DNA of 62,100 bases, from positions 1 to 62,100 of the forward strand of contig JNEM01012177.1 of assembly GCA_000697335.1 (NCBI GenBank), in the 5' to 3' direction. Below, in pieces: positions 29,301 through 43,148 of the stretch. The DNA is from Conidiobolus incongruus B7586 (taxonomy: Eukaryota). A model generated the notes under the pieces. That model was not told where the DNA came from. It ran no database searches and saw only the letters and a list, made by a program, of their open reading frames with translations. Made by a program: the position numbers and the translations under genes. Each line of letters opens with the position of its first letter. Position 1 is the first letter of the stretch.

Positions 29301-30167
29301 TTATTTAATAACCAGGAAATGAGTATTGAATTGGGTTTAAAACATCGTCGTTCTTTACATCTTTCAGAATTATTATTCGATACGAAAAAACTTTCTCTGT
29401 TAGCATCTTTAGGACATAGTTTAAAGTGTTTTGCTAACGAAGTTGGATCACTCTTAAAGGATTCGAAAGGTAAAAATGGTGCTGATGATAAAGCTAATTC
29501 TTCAATCAATATCGATCATCTTTTGAAAGAGGTTAAGGGGCTTTCAGACAAATGTCTCTTCACTTTGAGAGTTGAATTTCGTTGCCATTGCATGTACTTT
29601 TTAGATTTGGCGTTAAGAGAAGGTGATTACTATCTCACAGCGGATAACGAAATCGAACCTGATAGTTATATTTTGAACTTGAACATGGATTTAACAACTG
29701 GTCAAGGATTATTAAGTCAATATTTGGAAGAGAAAGATGTGGAGTTCGTATTCCAATATATATCAAAGCTCTTGTCTAACATGTTAATAACGAATGTGCG
29801 CGATATTCGAATTATGTCTGAATTAGGTTTAAAAAAGATGAGATTGAATTTATCTTCATTGCAACAAAATTTAACCAATTTGAAATTGAACAATAATCTC
29901 AATTTAGCTAAACAATTTTATGACCTCTATGACTTACAATTGAATAGATTCTGCGCTAAAATTCAAGAACAAGGCATTTGGTACTCTTATTCCGAATATA
30001 AATCTTTACTAGATTTGGCTTTGAAGACTACTGATCATATCTGTCAAATCGAGAGAGAAACCACCGGATCACAATCCAATGTAGATCAAAAGTATGATGA
30101 AGTAGTCCGTCACTATTCTGACCAAATGATGGCCTTGAGAGCTCTTTTACAAGGTGCTGATGATTAA
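26371..30167 (+). CDS. SEC8: Exocyst component Sec8, 12 exons
   Basis: WSML...FNPVPLALDLTDGSSLGKD, YKEMLRILDKL, LVEDIHNHVY, DPEADSLKFISILV, CLFTLRVEFRCHCMYFL; 11 introns including 19- and 20-nt microexons. Confidence 0.92.
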
Positions 30168-30479
30168 TTTATACCACTTTTTAATGATAATATAATATTT
30201 TTATATAACTGATTTTATTATATGGTTTAATCTTTCTATTATTATAAAATCGATATACTTCAATATACTTTTGTAACAATGAATACGAATTAATAATTGG
30301 TTATTAATACTCTGCATTTATCAGGTCCAAAAGTAATGTATTCAAATGTGATAAATTTGGTTTTTATTAATAACAATACAGTTTGTATATTTCATTTTTA
30401 TTTAATATTATTCTGAATTTTAAGTAATGAGGCTTTTTTGATATCAAATTTATATTAAAAATTTTAATATATAATTTAA

Positions 30480-31610
30480 AATAATCAATATATACTGTAA
30501 TATTATATCTTTTTTTTATTATTAATAACTTTTTGCTATACTTTTAACAAAGATCTAACACTTAAAAAATAATTCTTTTTATTAAAGACTAAAATTTGAT
30601 ATTTTATAAACCAATTAATTTTATTTGTAGAATTTTTACTTGTAAGTGTATTTTTAATTGCTTAAAGTAATTATAATTAAATAAGTTATAATCTAGTAAA
30701 TATATTAGATATAAAAGCTTTTCTAAATTATTTTTAATTAGAAAATTTTTCACAGCTTTAAATTTATGTATTTTATAATTATTATATAAAATAATAAGTA
30801 TCTTTAAATTATATTAAAAACCTTAATTAAATATAATTTTATTTAAAAAAACAATATAAAATTTATTATTAATTGATTTTCCTTTAAAAATTAAATAAAA
30901 ATAGTATATATTATTATAATTTATTATAATAATTAATATTTACTTATAAAAAAATATTGATTTATTAAAATCTATAAAAGATTATTTTAACTTAACATTT
31001 TAGTTTGTGCTTAAACAAAAGATTTTAGAAATGGATTGATAATTCATTAGTTATAATAATTTGCTGTAAAACATTAGTTTTTAGTTATATTTTAGTAAGT
31101 TTTATTTAACTATAACTATTTTTTTTAAGTTAGTTAAGTTATAAGGTATTTATTATATATTTTTATTAATTAAACTAAGTTTACATTTTAATATATATAA
31201 TATACTTTTATAAATAGTATTAAAATGTTTTAATAACTTTAATAAAAATTAAAAGATGTTTTATATATATATTTTTTACTTTATTAATAATTAAAATATA
31301 ACAATTAAAATTTTGTAGATTTTAGAAAGCTTTAAATAATTTCCCTTTTGACTTATTAAATAGTTTACTAAATAATAAAAGATAAATTTAAATAAAACAT
31401 TATTTTTATAAGTTGTTAGTAAATTTTAAATGATTTTAAAAGGTTTGTGGTTAAGTATTAATAATAATAAAATAAAAAACTTTTGATGATTACTATTTTG
31501 GTTTAAATATGATTAAATAATAAATTTTTAAAGATAAATTTTTGAATGGAAAAACATTATATAATTATAGTTTAAAATTATATATTCTCTTATTTGTTTT
31601 GTATATAATT
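30480..31610 (-). mobile_element. Hypermutated mariner (DD34D) transposon relic, copy A
   Basis: Homologous to copy B; minus-strand remnants of mariner motifs: *IPYNLT (WVPHEL-like), IIITNE, LYNNYKIH (HDN), LLYLIYLLDYNLFNY (LPHPxYSPDxxPxDY), SVRSLLKV*QKVINN; candidate ATG at 31557; element ends approximate. Confidence 0.8.
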
Positions 31611-31900
31611 TTTCTTGGTATTAATAATATGAAAAATCATGAATTAGAAAATTTCTCATTTTTTTGATTCTGAGGTAATACTATTTAATAATATCAGAAT
31701 TGAATAGATTTTTAAACATTCCAGATCAATTAACATATGAATTGATTTAATTTGATATACATTATTTCTATTTTTTGAGGCATTCAAAATTTGACCAAAT
31801 TAATGTAATATGTCCAGAAAGGATATATCACTATTTTTATGAAATAGCATAATATGCGTAAATTTGGCAGATGCTATAAAGTTAATTATTCAATTTCTAT

Positions 31901-33244
31901 TTATTTACCTTTGACTTCATCGATGAAACTTCGAATAGAATCAATGGTGCCTAATACAAAACTGACAGCACCAATAATTAAAATAATGGCCATCCAAGGA
32001 TAAACCCAAAGTTTTCTTCCTTTATATCCATAAATTTTAAGGTGGAAGATAACTGGGAAAATGAATAAACTTAGACTACTGCTAACGCCACCAATTAAAT
32101 TCATGAAACTGGCAAAATAAGGTAAAAAAGCTGATAATACAGTGATTAACACGATGGTAATCAATCTAGTAAGAATTCTATATCCAAATTCCTTCCATTT
32201 TGACATATACTCGGTGCTAATTTTTAAATTTTGTTCAACTTCATTTCCGAAAGAACAAAGGAGAATAGGAGCTGCCATGATAATATGAATATTAATCGCA
32301 AGCATGGAAGCAAGCCTTAATGGAGTGTCAGGTAAACTCCCAAAGATAGGATTAAGCACTTCAGGACCATAGGCTACATAACCAAAAACAGCCATTAATG
32401 TGTATTGTAATGTAATGGTACCGATAGCACAGCTTAATACTACAGGCCATTGCTTAGGATTTTGCATACTATCTTCAACATGAGGAAATACAACATTTCC
32501 AGCGTATGATAAGCAGAAGGTGGCCAAAGCAGTTGGGATACCAGACCAGACCACCACATCAGTCTTAGGAACAGGGTTAGAAGATAAATGCTGGGATCCA
32601 AAAATCAAAACAGCAATAACAGCGAACACAGTGGTCAACATACCGAACAAGCCCAGCCATACCAATTCTTTCATATTTTTGAATACCAAGTAAGGTACAC
32701 CAATACCTACAGCAGAAATAATAACCCTATACATATATTATTAGAATTGTAAACAACACATTCGCTACAGCTATATTACCAATTCATTTTGCCAATTTCG
32801 AAATACTTTTTACAAATCTCATTCATGTTTTCAGCGAATAAAATCAATAAAATACAAGAAGCACCCAAAATCAAACTATAGTTGGCAAATTTCACTAAGT
32901 ATCTGCCTGTTTTACCAAAAGCGCGATCACCAATATCGGTGAAGGTGGGAAGTTTGGAGCCATCTTCGAGATAGATACATTCAATCAAGAGCTTACCATT
33001 ATATACAGAAGCTAAACCCGCTAGGAGAATGAAGATGACGGAGAGCCAGCCTCCCTTAGCGAGACATTGAGGAAGTCCTAAAATACCTACACCAGCTGTC
33101 ACGCATACAATATTAACATAAGCACCGAAACTTGAAGCCTTTTTGTGGTCATCCTCGTGACCTGACGCTAAAAAGATATTAATATCCGATTGGGTGAATA
33201 CTTGATTATTTTTAATTACCATTGTGATCCTTCTCTGAACTCAT
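31901..33244 (-). CDS. AAAP/Aa_trans family amino acid transporter (Avt1-like), 3 exons
   Basis: MSSEKDHN, intron, then ASG...AYVNIVCVTAGVGILGLP; YAGNVVFPHVEDSMQNPKQW; multiple TM segments. Confidence 0.9.
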
Positions 33245-34254
33245 ATTATAAAAATATCAATTCAAATAATCAGCACCCTTGATGATTACTTGAAAAGAAT
33301 TGTTTTCCCTCTATTCCCTTCCAGCATACCCTTTTATATGGAGTGGTAGCACAAAACTCCAGTGTTCAACCTTGACAAGAGCTAGATATTAATCAATTGG
33401 TCAAATAGTGGATGGCAAAAAAGGAAATTAATTCATCTCAAAATCCAAAAATTTGATAATAAAAGTTGAATTATTTCGGATACTTTGTCATGTCATCAAT
33501 TTACTCTAACTCAAGTTACACAATTGAACTAAACATACTTTCCCGAATGGATCTTTATCTTCTCTTGTTTTTAAACCCCCCAACCAATGGACTTGGGCAA
33601 TATTTCAAAGAATAATCATATTGAGGTTTTATCCTAAATAAGTCATTTCAAATATACATATTAATTTATTTAGAAATAATCAGGATGACATGCTATGAAA
33701 TTTGTATACCTCACACCGATCAGACACCACTAAGCACACTGAAATATATAATATTAAACTTTATAATAATCAAATTCTCATCAAATTCTATCCATTAAAG
33801 CCTTCAACTCTTCTAGACTTAAAAACAATGTTAAAATAAAACTCACTTTGATAATTTTTATCATTTAATCGTGAAAATGTAAAAATGATAGAGAAAATGA
33901 ATATATTATTTGAAATATTAAGTCGCTAAGTTTAAATATTTTTTGAATATTATTGGTATATAAAAATTAATTAATATCAATAAAAATTATACCATCAACC
34001 AGATATAATTTCGATTAAATTTAAAATTTTGATAGATAAATTTGGAATTAGAAAATGTGTGAAAGATAAAACGTGGTTGAGAAGTATGTGTTACATTGAG
34101 CTCAATTGTTGACGAAAGCTTGCTCATGTATTAGTGGTATATAAAAACAAGATGATGTTGAATTGAGATGAGGTTTAAATTTATATACTCATAAAACCAT
34201 ATCAATCAAATATTTTAATTTTTCAATTATTATTATTCCCAAAAAGACTTACAA

Positions 34255-34326
34255 AGGTCTCACTGAGAATCGAACTCAGATTACAGGAATCAGAATCCTG
34301 GGTGCTGACCATTACACCATGAGACC
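34255..34326 (-). tRNA. tRNA-Gln(CTG)
   Basis: GGTCTCA acceptor stem, anticodon arm CAGGA-TTCTGAT-TCCTG, T arm AGTTCGATTCT; 72 nt. Confidence 0.95.
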
Positions 34327-35252
34327 TCAACAGTTGCTTAATTTAAAAGTATTAAATCCAGATTTGATTAATCAATGTTTCAAATATTTTGAGTATTTTT
34401 TACTAAAAAATTTTTATGATTAATTATTATAAATTTTCTTAATATTCACATTAACAGACATGGAATTTCCTCAATTTTCGTATTAATCGAGATATTTTTA
34501 TATTTCAGTTTCTTTCCTTTCTCCAGATATTTTGAATTGTTATAATTACCCAACTGAATCTTTTTTGTATAATACCTCCACACATTTTGCCGATTTATCA
34601 AATTTAAAATAGAAGATCAATTTAAATTACTGACTATATAGCTTGATATTAAATTCTAAGTCAACTTATATATATATATATATATATCGATACTGGATAT
34701 TGGAAATACAACAGATAATTCATGTAACACGATTGAAATATATATTTACCTGTTATAATAAATTTATAAAAACTTCAAGAATTTTAGTATGACCTATATT
34801 GCAATCAAACATATTAGCAAATTTAATTTAGGATATTTGGATGTAAATAATTATATATAGAATAATGGATATATTAACTTCTCGAATGTGAAATTTAAAC
34901 ACATTGATTGATAAAGACAACTTTGAAATGAATGTTAACTAAAATATAATTAGTTGAAATGTTGATTTTTCAAAAGTATCATATATATATTATCAACAAT
35001 TTGATTTAGATGATTAGTACCAAAAATATGTTTATAGTTATATTATCCAGTCAATACTTAATTACTGAAACAATATCTACTATAGCTAAAATAATGTCAA
35101 TTTTTATAAGTATGTATGTTCCTGCTATCATTTTCAAAATGCTAGGTAAATAATGAATAATATGAACAAAAATTCAAAGAATTTGATGAATCATGGAAAT
35201 GCTAAATTGGGTATATCAAAATAAAAATACAGTCTTAAAAATAGTTACTTTA

Positions 35253-35733
35253 TTAATGAGCTTTCTTAGATTTAGATTTCCTGTCCTTATTTCTCACCTT
35301 CTTCTTGAGTGTATCCATTTGAGTTCTCAATAATGGGTTCAATAATTCAAAAAATTGGGAGAAGTTTTCAACGGGTACCTAAAAATTAATTATTACTTAT
35401 TTTTGTATATTCTATTAATTTTTTACGAGAGTTGTTATTTTGTTCTTTTTATTGTCGCTAGCTTTGACTAATGTTTGGAAAGAGCTCTTGGAATCGATTT
35501 CCATCACATTTGGACTGCCTTTTAGTTTGAGAGGAACTTGATAAATTCGATTAGCTAAATTAGAATGATGAATAAAATAAATCATTTACCTTGTTTGAAA
35601 TTCAAATTAACACTACCATTTTTTTTATTATTATGAAATAATTGTTCAAGTTTTTTAATAAACTAAAATATTGTTAACATAATCATTTGTTTTATTTCTA
35701 TTTATAATTTACTTGATTATTATCTAAAAGCAT
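35253..35733 (-). CDS. SRP14: Signal recognition particle subunit Srp14, 4 exons (absent from the ORF track)
   Basis: Spliced: MLLDNNQ FIKKLEQLFHNNKKNGSVNLNFKQ ...LVKASDNKKNKITTL VPVENFSQFFELLNPLLRTQMDTLKKKVRNKDRKSKSKKAH*; matches the SRP14 pattern; 3 GT-AG introns. Confidence 0.88.
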
Positions 35734-36227
35734 TTTCAATTTTGCCTATATTTGTTTGGTAATTCACTGCTCTTTAGTAAAGTTTATTCTAATTTTCAAA
35801 TATTACCGATTATGGGATAATTAAAAACCTTCGATATATAATATTTCGAGAAGAGAATATTTATTCAAAAATGCAGTTATTCATACCAAGTCTAGTATAT
35901 TAACAAATATTCAAAACTTATCATAAAAAAATACAAATATACATTACGAATTTCAACTCTTAAGTAGTTACTATTAATGAATTATTAATGATACAATTCA
36001 CAAAGATGGTGTTAGAATATTTTTACTTTAATTCACTTATAATTGAGGGTTCGAGTATTGTAAATTGACATTATATTGGTAAAACAAAGTTAAAAACATA
36101 TTCCAAAGGTGAACATATTTTAAATACTGATGTTTATCTAAATATACAAAAACAACTCAAAATATATAATAAATTGAATTTTAAAAATATATTATAGATA
36201 TTAAAAATATTTGTTATAATATCTGGC

Positions 36228-37999
36228 TTAGGCTGAGTTGGGAATGGATGAGAGAAGCTCAACCTTTTTGGGGTACTTTTCGGCAAAGACTTTCTTAGCC
36301 TTATTATGAAGTTGCTGAGAGATGATAGCTTCGAGTTCTAACTTGGAGCGAATGGTCTTCTTGGATCTTTCCAAGAGTTCATCAGCTTCATCAAATTTAG
36401 TCTGGATGCTCTTAATATTGGCCAAATTCAATAATGCAGTGGTAAAAGCGGGATCAATGTCTATGGCTTGTTGGCAGTATTTAGCAGCTAATTCTAAATC
36501 ATTATATGCCTTCAAATAGAAAATAGACTTATTCAACAATACAGTGGCATTGTTGGGGCTAATAGCAAGAGCTTTGTCTAAAATATCGGTGACTTCATCC
36601 ATTTGCTCACATTCCATGAGGAATTCAGCATATACATTGAGCATGATAGAGGATTTCTTGAAAGTCTCGAGTGATTTTTTGAAGAAGGCAGCAGCTTCTT
36701 CTCTGGGTTTGAAGTAGCACAAAGAAACACCATATTGGATATGAGCTTGTTCAAATGAGGGAGAAAGTTCCATAGCAGTTTGGTAGCAAGTTTGAGCCAT
36801 ATCAACTTGTTCTAAAATAAAGTAGATTTGAGCAAGATGGAAATGAACTTCATAGCTTTCGGGGTGTTGACTTTGAAGCTCTTTCAAAGATTCAAAAGCA
36901 CCAGATACATCGCCAGTTTCAGTTAAAATATTACTTTGCTTGATGCGGCATTGGATGTGGTCTGGGTTAATCTTTAAAGCTCTCTTCAAACCCTCGTTAG
37001 CAGAGTCCCAATCTTTCACAATGATATCAAACATACATCTGAGGTTAAGAGCTTCAACCATAAATCTGGTATCACCTTGAACAGCTGACTTCAACAAACT
37101 GTGAGCTTCACTGAATTTGTTATCATCGATGAGTTTAATAGCTTCTCTAACTTTTTTATCAGCTTCATTGTCATTGCTTTCATCTGATGGTAATGTTACT
37201 TTTTCGAAGCAATTGACGTAATGAAGAGCATAGGATACAGAAATATGTTCAAGTTGGGTAGGAAGAGTTTCAGCAGCAGCTTGTTCAGCAGCTAAAACTT
37301 TGATTGTGCGTTCAATACCTAAGCTAGCGGTTTGATGGTTAGATTCAGCAAGGAAAAAGCCACATACGTAGTCATTTAAAGCTAATTGATATTGGGAAGT
37401 GGCTTCATAAGCTTGGGCTCTGCGAACAATGGCTTTGGTGTACTCAGGATGCATTGATAAAGTCTTAGTACAGTCTTCAATGACTTTCTGATGTTGCTTT
37501 AAGGCAGAATAGCCAGCAGCTCTGTTGCAATAGTAAACAGGATCTTCATGAAGCTCGATAGCTTTAGAGTAATTTTCGATAGCAGCTTGGAAATGTTTTG
37601 TTCTAAAGTTGTCATTTCCATAGTTCTTTAATAATTTGGAAATAAATTCACGTCTCTAAAATTGAATGAAAGTTAATATTTGAATCAAATAAACATTTAA
37701 AAATATTTACGGAAGCAGGTAATTTTTCAATATCTTCCTTAGTTAAAGCCATGGCTTCTTGCTCTGTCAATGAAGAATCTGAGGCAACATCTAAAATCCA
37801 AATTAAAACATATTCTATTTTTAAAGTTGCTAAACCTACCAGAATCTTCAATTTCAATAGTTTGACGACTGGAGACATTATAATAATAAAGGAAAGCTAA
37901 ACCAAGTGTACCAGCAGCCAATGGAACATAAATTCTCAAATTTTTTCTAACATGGTCTTGGAATTGGGCAAATGTATTAGATAAGCTATTGTCAGTCAT
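36228..37999 (-). CDS. TOM70: Mitochondrial import receptor Tom70 (TPR), 3 exons
   Basis: N-terminal anchor (YVPLAAGTLGLAFLYYY), clamp TPR LKNYGNDNF...AIENYSKAI...YYCNRAA...KAIVRRAQAYE, many further TPRs. Confidence 0.88.
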
Positions 38000-38964
38000 G
38001 ATGATATTCTATTTCAAATTATTAATTTAATTAAATAATCATTGGTCATCATTTTATGGAGATCTTTATTATATTAATAATTGTTCCGGTATTTGTGGGA
38101 TTATTTCATTCTAGGATTGTTTATCTTTGACAAATTTAGCCTAGAATTTTAATCATAATATGTAACAATTATTTATTTATCTTTGGTTTCAAAATGATAA
38201 ATTAATCAAATCTAGATAATATGAATAAATAATTATTCAAAATTAAAATAAATATATAAATTTAAAAAAATTGTACAGCTTTCTATTGAGTTGAATATAT
38301 CATATTACTGTTATAAAATATTTTGTAAGAATAGGTAAATATCCACAACTTGTGGCTCAAGTTGAATTTTTCCTTTTGTCGCTTAAAATTATCAAAAATC
38401 ATGAATTTTGATATCCTTGATGAATGAATGAGGTACAAGCAAGTATTTTATGACTGATGTAAATTACTATTTAATATATAAACTATTTACAACTCTAAAT
38501 AATTTACAATTGTTGAATCAATATAAATAATTAATCCAGATATTTAAATAAAAAATTTTTTAAATTGGTAAATAATCGGTTTAGACAATTTAATAATTAT
38601 CTGATCATCCTTACTAACAAATTTATAACTTAAAAAATTTTATATTTTTCGATATTTATAATCACTTAATATAGAGAAATCTCCTTTGAAATTGAAGATC
38701 AATTATTTAATGGCATGTTAATGTCTAATATTAAAATTTAGGCAATTAATATAAATATTGTGAATATCATCACATATTTGCTGAATAATGTATAATAAAG
38801 TTCTTAAAATTTTTAACTATCAAATGGCTCATCTTGTTATTTGAATTGATGATGATCCATACAGTATTTAGTGACTCGTTTTTAGATATTTTAGTATATC
38901 ATTATCAATTCCATTCTATGAAAAGTTGATTCGTTAAAATCATTTGTTCTCTCAGTTACTGTAT

Positions 38965-39325
38965 TATGGTTGCCTAGATAGTAACCCGCCCAGCCAATTT
39001 CATCTCGCCGTTTATTACCTTATAGATTTATAACCTCGGAATACCTGTCACACCACATCAAGATTTCATTCTTCTGAAAACCCAATACACTTCTTTACAC
39101 CGCCTACGGTCGACGAATTGTCTATAAAAGAACCATCGTTGGGATACATTCCCGTCATCACCTCCGGTCTTCTGCGAATCCCACTAAGCCCTTAACAAAT
39201 CTTAATAAAGCACCTTAACTCAAACTACCAAACGAACTGTAGACAAGCCGCTCCCATTACCTATTATTTATGTACTATTAGCAATAGATAGAACCGAAGT
39301 ATTGCTGATAATTCACCACAGAGAT
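38965..39325. other. Unexplained CpG-rich non-coding island, candidate structured ncRNA
   Basis: GC clearly above flanks, about 15 CpG, no convincing ORF, 11-bp inverted repeat at 39276-39310. Confidence 0.3.
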
Positions 39326-40232
39326 TTTCATCTTTATAAAAGGAATGTATTTTTTTCAACTAATAGTTTATAATCATAAACAAACAAAGAAAATGATCAG
39401 TTAAATGCTATATATATTACCGTTTTCCTCTTTATCTATTTAATGTTATATAGGATGAGTATATATCATTAGATTGATATCTTTTATTATACAATGTATA
39501 GAAGAAATGAATATATACAAGCACAATACTCATAATTTATTATATTTATAAATCATCATAATAAGTAAATATCTGCAGAATGATATAACTAATAAATTTT
39601 ATCTTGAGGAATATTACCAAGATTATTTACAAACTTGTAAAAATTTTATATGACTCTAACCAATTAATAATATTATAATAGACAGATCCTTCATATACTC
39701 TTATAAACCCAAGATAATATAATAATCAAATAGTCATTACTTATTTCTTCATAATAATAATAAAAAAATATTTTTGGATTGATATAAATTCTAGTACAAT
39801 TAAATTATTTTGATTCTTTGATATCTTGCAGAATATATCTGATAAGAAAAATAATATATGTTGAAATGAAAATATCATAAACATGAATGCTACTTTTCAT
39901 AAGTATATAAAAATCGCCATATCCAATATTAAATAATCAATCTAGATCTAGTTTGTGTAAATGATAATAATTGAGATCAAGGTATATTCATGATCATCAA
40001 AACCATATACTCGAGCTCTAATTAACATCTTTAATATAAGAAATAATTTTGAGTTATGTATTTTATCAAAATTTTTGTGGCAAATATCATATATCTAGAT
40101 AAATAAATTAATGCAAATTGAATCTATTTTGATGTAGTAATTTGGGATTATTTGATATTTGAATAAATGATATATGATGGATAAATGTTTATACTTTCAT
40201 ATTATTGAATACAAATAAAATCTTTCAGAATT

Positions 40233-40238
40233 ACGCGA
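40233..40238 (+). promoter_or_regulatory. MCB-like ACGCGA element upstream of PCNA
   Basis: Rare CGCG core in AT-rich DNA ~400 nt upstream of an S-phase gene; CCAAT/ATTGG boxes at ~40379, 40441 and 40491. Confidence 0.4.
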
Positions 40239-40643
40239 GATATGATATGATTAAAAATTCTGAATATTTTGTCAATAGTAAATATATTTATTATTCTATA
40301 AAGAATTAATAATGATTTGTCATTCATTAAGGCTTAAAATTCATCTTAATTGGCTGAAATAGTATTTTCAATAATTGGCCAATCAAATCGATAGAAGCAA
40401 GTGAAAATAGCTTTCATTTTTTTTTGCTTTATTAATAATGATTGGATCAAAATTTAACTCGCTTTAGCAATTTTTTTCAAGGATGATATGATTGGTTAAT
40501 TTGGTGTTCCTATATATAAGAATAAGAAAATGGGATTACGAAAATGAGTGCTGTATATAAATATTGATCAGTTCTCTTTCTTTTTAGTTATTGTTGAAAA
40601 AATTTTTCTATAACAAATACTAATATCTAAATAATCAATAAAA

Positions 40644-41426
40644 ATGTTTGAAGCTAAGTTACGTCAAGGTGTTCTCTTAAAGAAAGTTATTGAAGCTGTT
40701 AAAGAACTTGTAAACGAATGTAATGTTGATTGTAGTGATGCTGGACTTCAGCTCCAAGCTATGGACTCTAGTCACGTCGCTTTAGTCGCTCTTCTTTTGA
40801 AGGCTGAAGGTTTCGAACCCTACCGCTGTGATCGCAACATCACCCTTGGTATCAGTATCACTTCTTTTAACAAGCTCCTCAAGTGTGCCAACAATGATGA
40901 TGTCATCACTCTTAAATCTGACGATAGCTGCCAACTCCTTAATATGACTTTCGAAAGTCCCAAAGAAGATCGTATCAGTGAATACGACCTCAAGTTAATG
41001 GATATCGATATTGAACATTTGGGTCTTCCCGATACTAAGTACGACTGTAACGTTTCTATGTCTTCTAGCGAATTCCAGAGAATCTGCCGTGATTTAGGTA
41101 TGTTAAGTGAAAACATCTGCATTGAAATCATTAAGAGCCAAATCAAGTTCTCCGCCAAGGGTGAATTTGGTAACGGCAGTGTTACCTTAAAGCAAGGATC
41201 TGCTTCCGTCGATGATGATTCCGTCACTACCACCACCATTGAATGTGATAAACCTGTCACCCTCACCTTCTCCGTCAAGTATTTGTCTCATTTTGCCAAG
41301 GCCGCTTCTATTTCCCCCGTTGTCAGCTTAAGTTTAACACCTGATGTCCCAATCTTGATCGAATACAAGATTTCCGATATTGGTCACCTCCAATACTACC
41401 TTGCTCCTAAGATCGATGATGAATAA
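40644..41426 (+). CDS. POL30: Proliferating cell nuclear antigen
   Basis: MFEAKL...LQAMDSSHVALV...YYLAPKIDDE; intronless 260 aa. Confidence 0.99.
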   Translation: MFEAKLRQGVLLKKVIEAVKELVNECNVDCSDAGLQLQAMDSSHVALVALLLKAEGFEPYRCDRNITLGISITSFNKLLKCANNDDVITLKSDDSCQLLNMTFESPKEDRISEYDLKLMDIDIEHLGLPDTKYDCNVSMSSSEFQRICRDLGMLSENICIEIIKSQIKFSAKGEFGNGSVTLKQGSASVDDDSVTTTTIECDKPVTLTFSVKYLSHFAKAASISPVVSLSLTPDVPILIEYKISDIGHLQYYLAPKIDDE

Positions 41427-43148
41427 GTTATCAAGGTTTTTTGTATGATTTTATAACTAGAACCCAGGTTAGTTTAAGTTTAATTATTGATTTCATAATG
41501 TTCCTTTAACTTATCCTGATTACTTTTTCGCTGATATTATATTCTTACTTATTTGCATAAAATAAAAATTACAAAAATGTAAAATTAGCTTTTTAGCTTT
41601 TTGATTCGAATAGATTATATACATCATAATATTACCGAGGTAACATTCAAGCCTATTCAAGTTAGAATAACAACTCAATCTTTCATTTCCTGATATACAT
41701 TTAAGGTATATTTTGATTTATTATTTTTATATAGTATTGATCATGATTCAATTATTGAATATCCAGGATCCTACTATTATATTACTACCTGTTATTCTAT
41801 ACTCAGATTTAGTATTAATTGTTTGACATTTATTATAGTTATTGAATGTAATTCTGATTAATAGAATTTTTATATGTTTATTATTTCATTCTTTAAAATA
41901 TATAGTATTTTTCAAAAAAAAATCAAACTTGAATTCATTTTTCAATTAAAAGTGTTATATTTTTATACTCAATATCAGTTAACAAGATATTTCAATTTTC
42001 ATAATATATGGTAACAAAATCTAAATACAACAAAATATATATATAAACCTAATTCTAGCTAAATTTGTTAAATAGTATAAAAAATAATTGAATATATATT
42101 TTAAAGTACTTTGTTATAATATTTTAAGAATTTTAAATGAAATTAATAACTGATATTTTGTTAATATTGTAGGTGATAATAATTTCAATTAAACTATTAT
42201 TAATGTCAATTTTAACATAAATATATTAAGATGTTATTTTACTTTTTTATATAAGATTCAATTTATAATATATATATATTATTTTTTCACATAAGATAAC
42301 ATTCCATTTAAAAATTAAATTGATGATATATTTTTTCCAAATTTTAATCAACTTTAATATAATTGAAAATGATAATAAAAATGTGATATTGATAAATAAT
42401 TAACTACTATAATAAACCTAGTCGTGTTTATTTTATAATTATCAAGTTTATTGTAATATTTATTTTTCTCATTTGTTTACCTTGTGTAATGAATGTTAGA
42501 AAATGGTCAAGTTTATCTTGGCAATTAACCCTACATAGATATTAAACATATTATAATAAATCAAAATTGAAATTAACAGATATATATTGGATAAAATTAT
42601 AATATATCAATTACATTATATCCAATTAATACATTTTTATAATATCAACTGTTATAATAATAACCTAATTAAGTAATTAGGAAATATACAAAGCTATATA
42701 TTTTGATAAAAATATTATATATGTAGAGATATAATATGCCTAAATTTTGCGAAGATTTTGCTTTATATAATATATTGTAATATTTGATTAAATAAATTTG
42801 ATTTCAAGAGTTTTTCAAATTAAAAAATTAAAATTAAAATTTGTTTAGTAGATAAATTTATTCCATCTAGGAAATTTTTATTGGTAATTTAAGGAAATGA
42901 TGAAATTTAAAATCGATATAATGAAGTCAATGCTAACTGAATATAAAAATCATCTCTAGTAGAGTGAAGAACCTTTTTCATATAATTATCAGCATAGGAA
43001 AATAACATTCAGAGTACATAATTTAAAAAATTGAATTTCGAGTGAAAATGGTATATATATTTTTTATTCAATATTTTATCATAGGATAAGGATGCAAAGG
43101 GAAAGAAAGTGTACAAATAGAAGATTAGCTCAATCTGGAAGATAGGAT

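Noticed and set aside
34255..34326. tRNA as an amber suppressor
   Set aside because: The anticodon is CTG (Gln), not CTA
40820..41278. 152-aa antisense ORF within PCNA (and similar ORFs within AFG3, RAX2, TOM70, SEC8 and the kinase)
   Set aside because: Shadow ORFs expected from biased codon usage; no recognisable motifs
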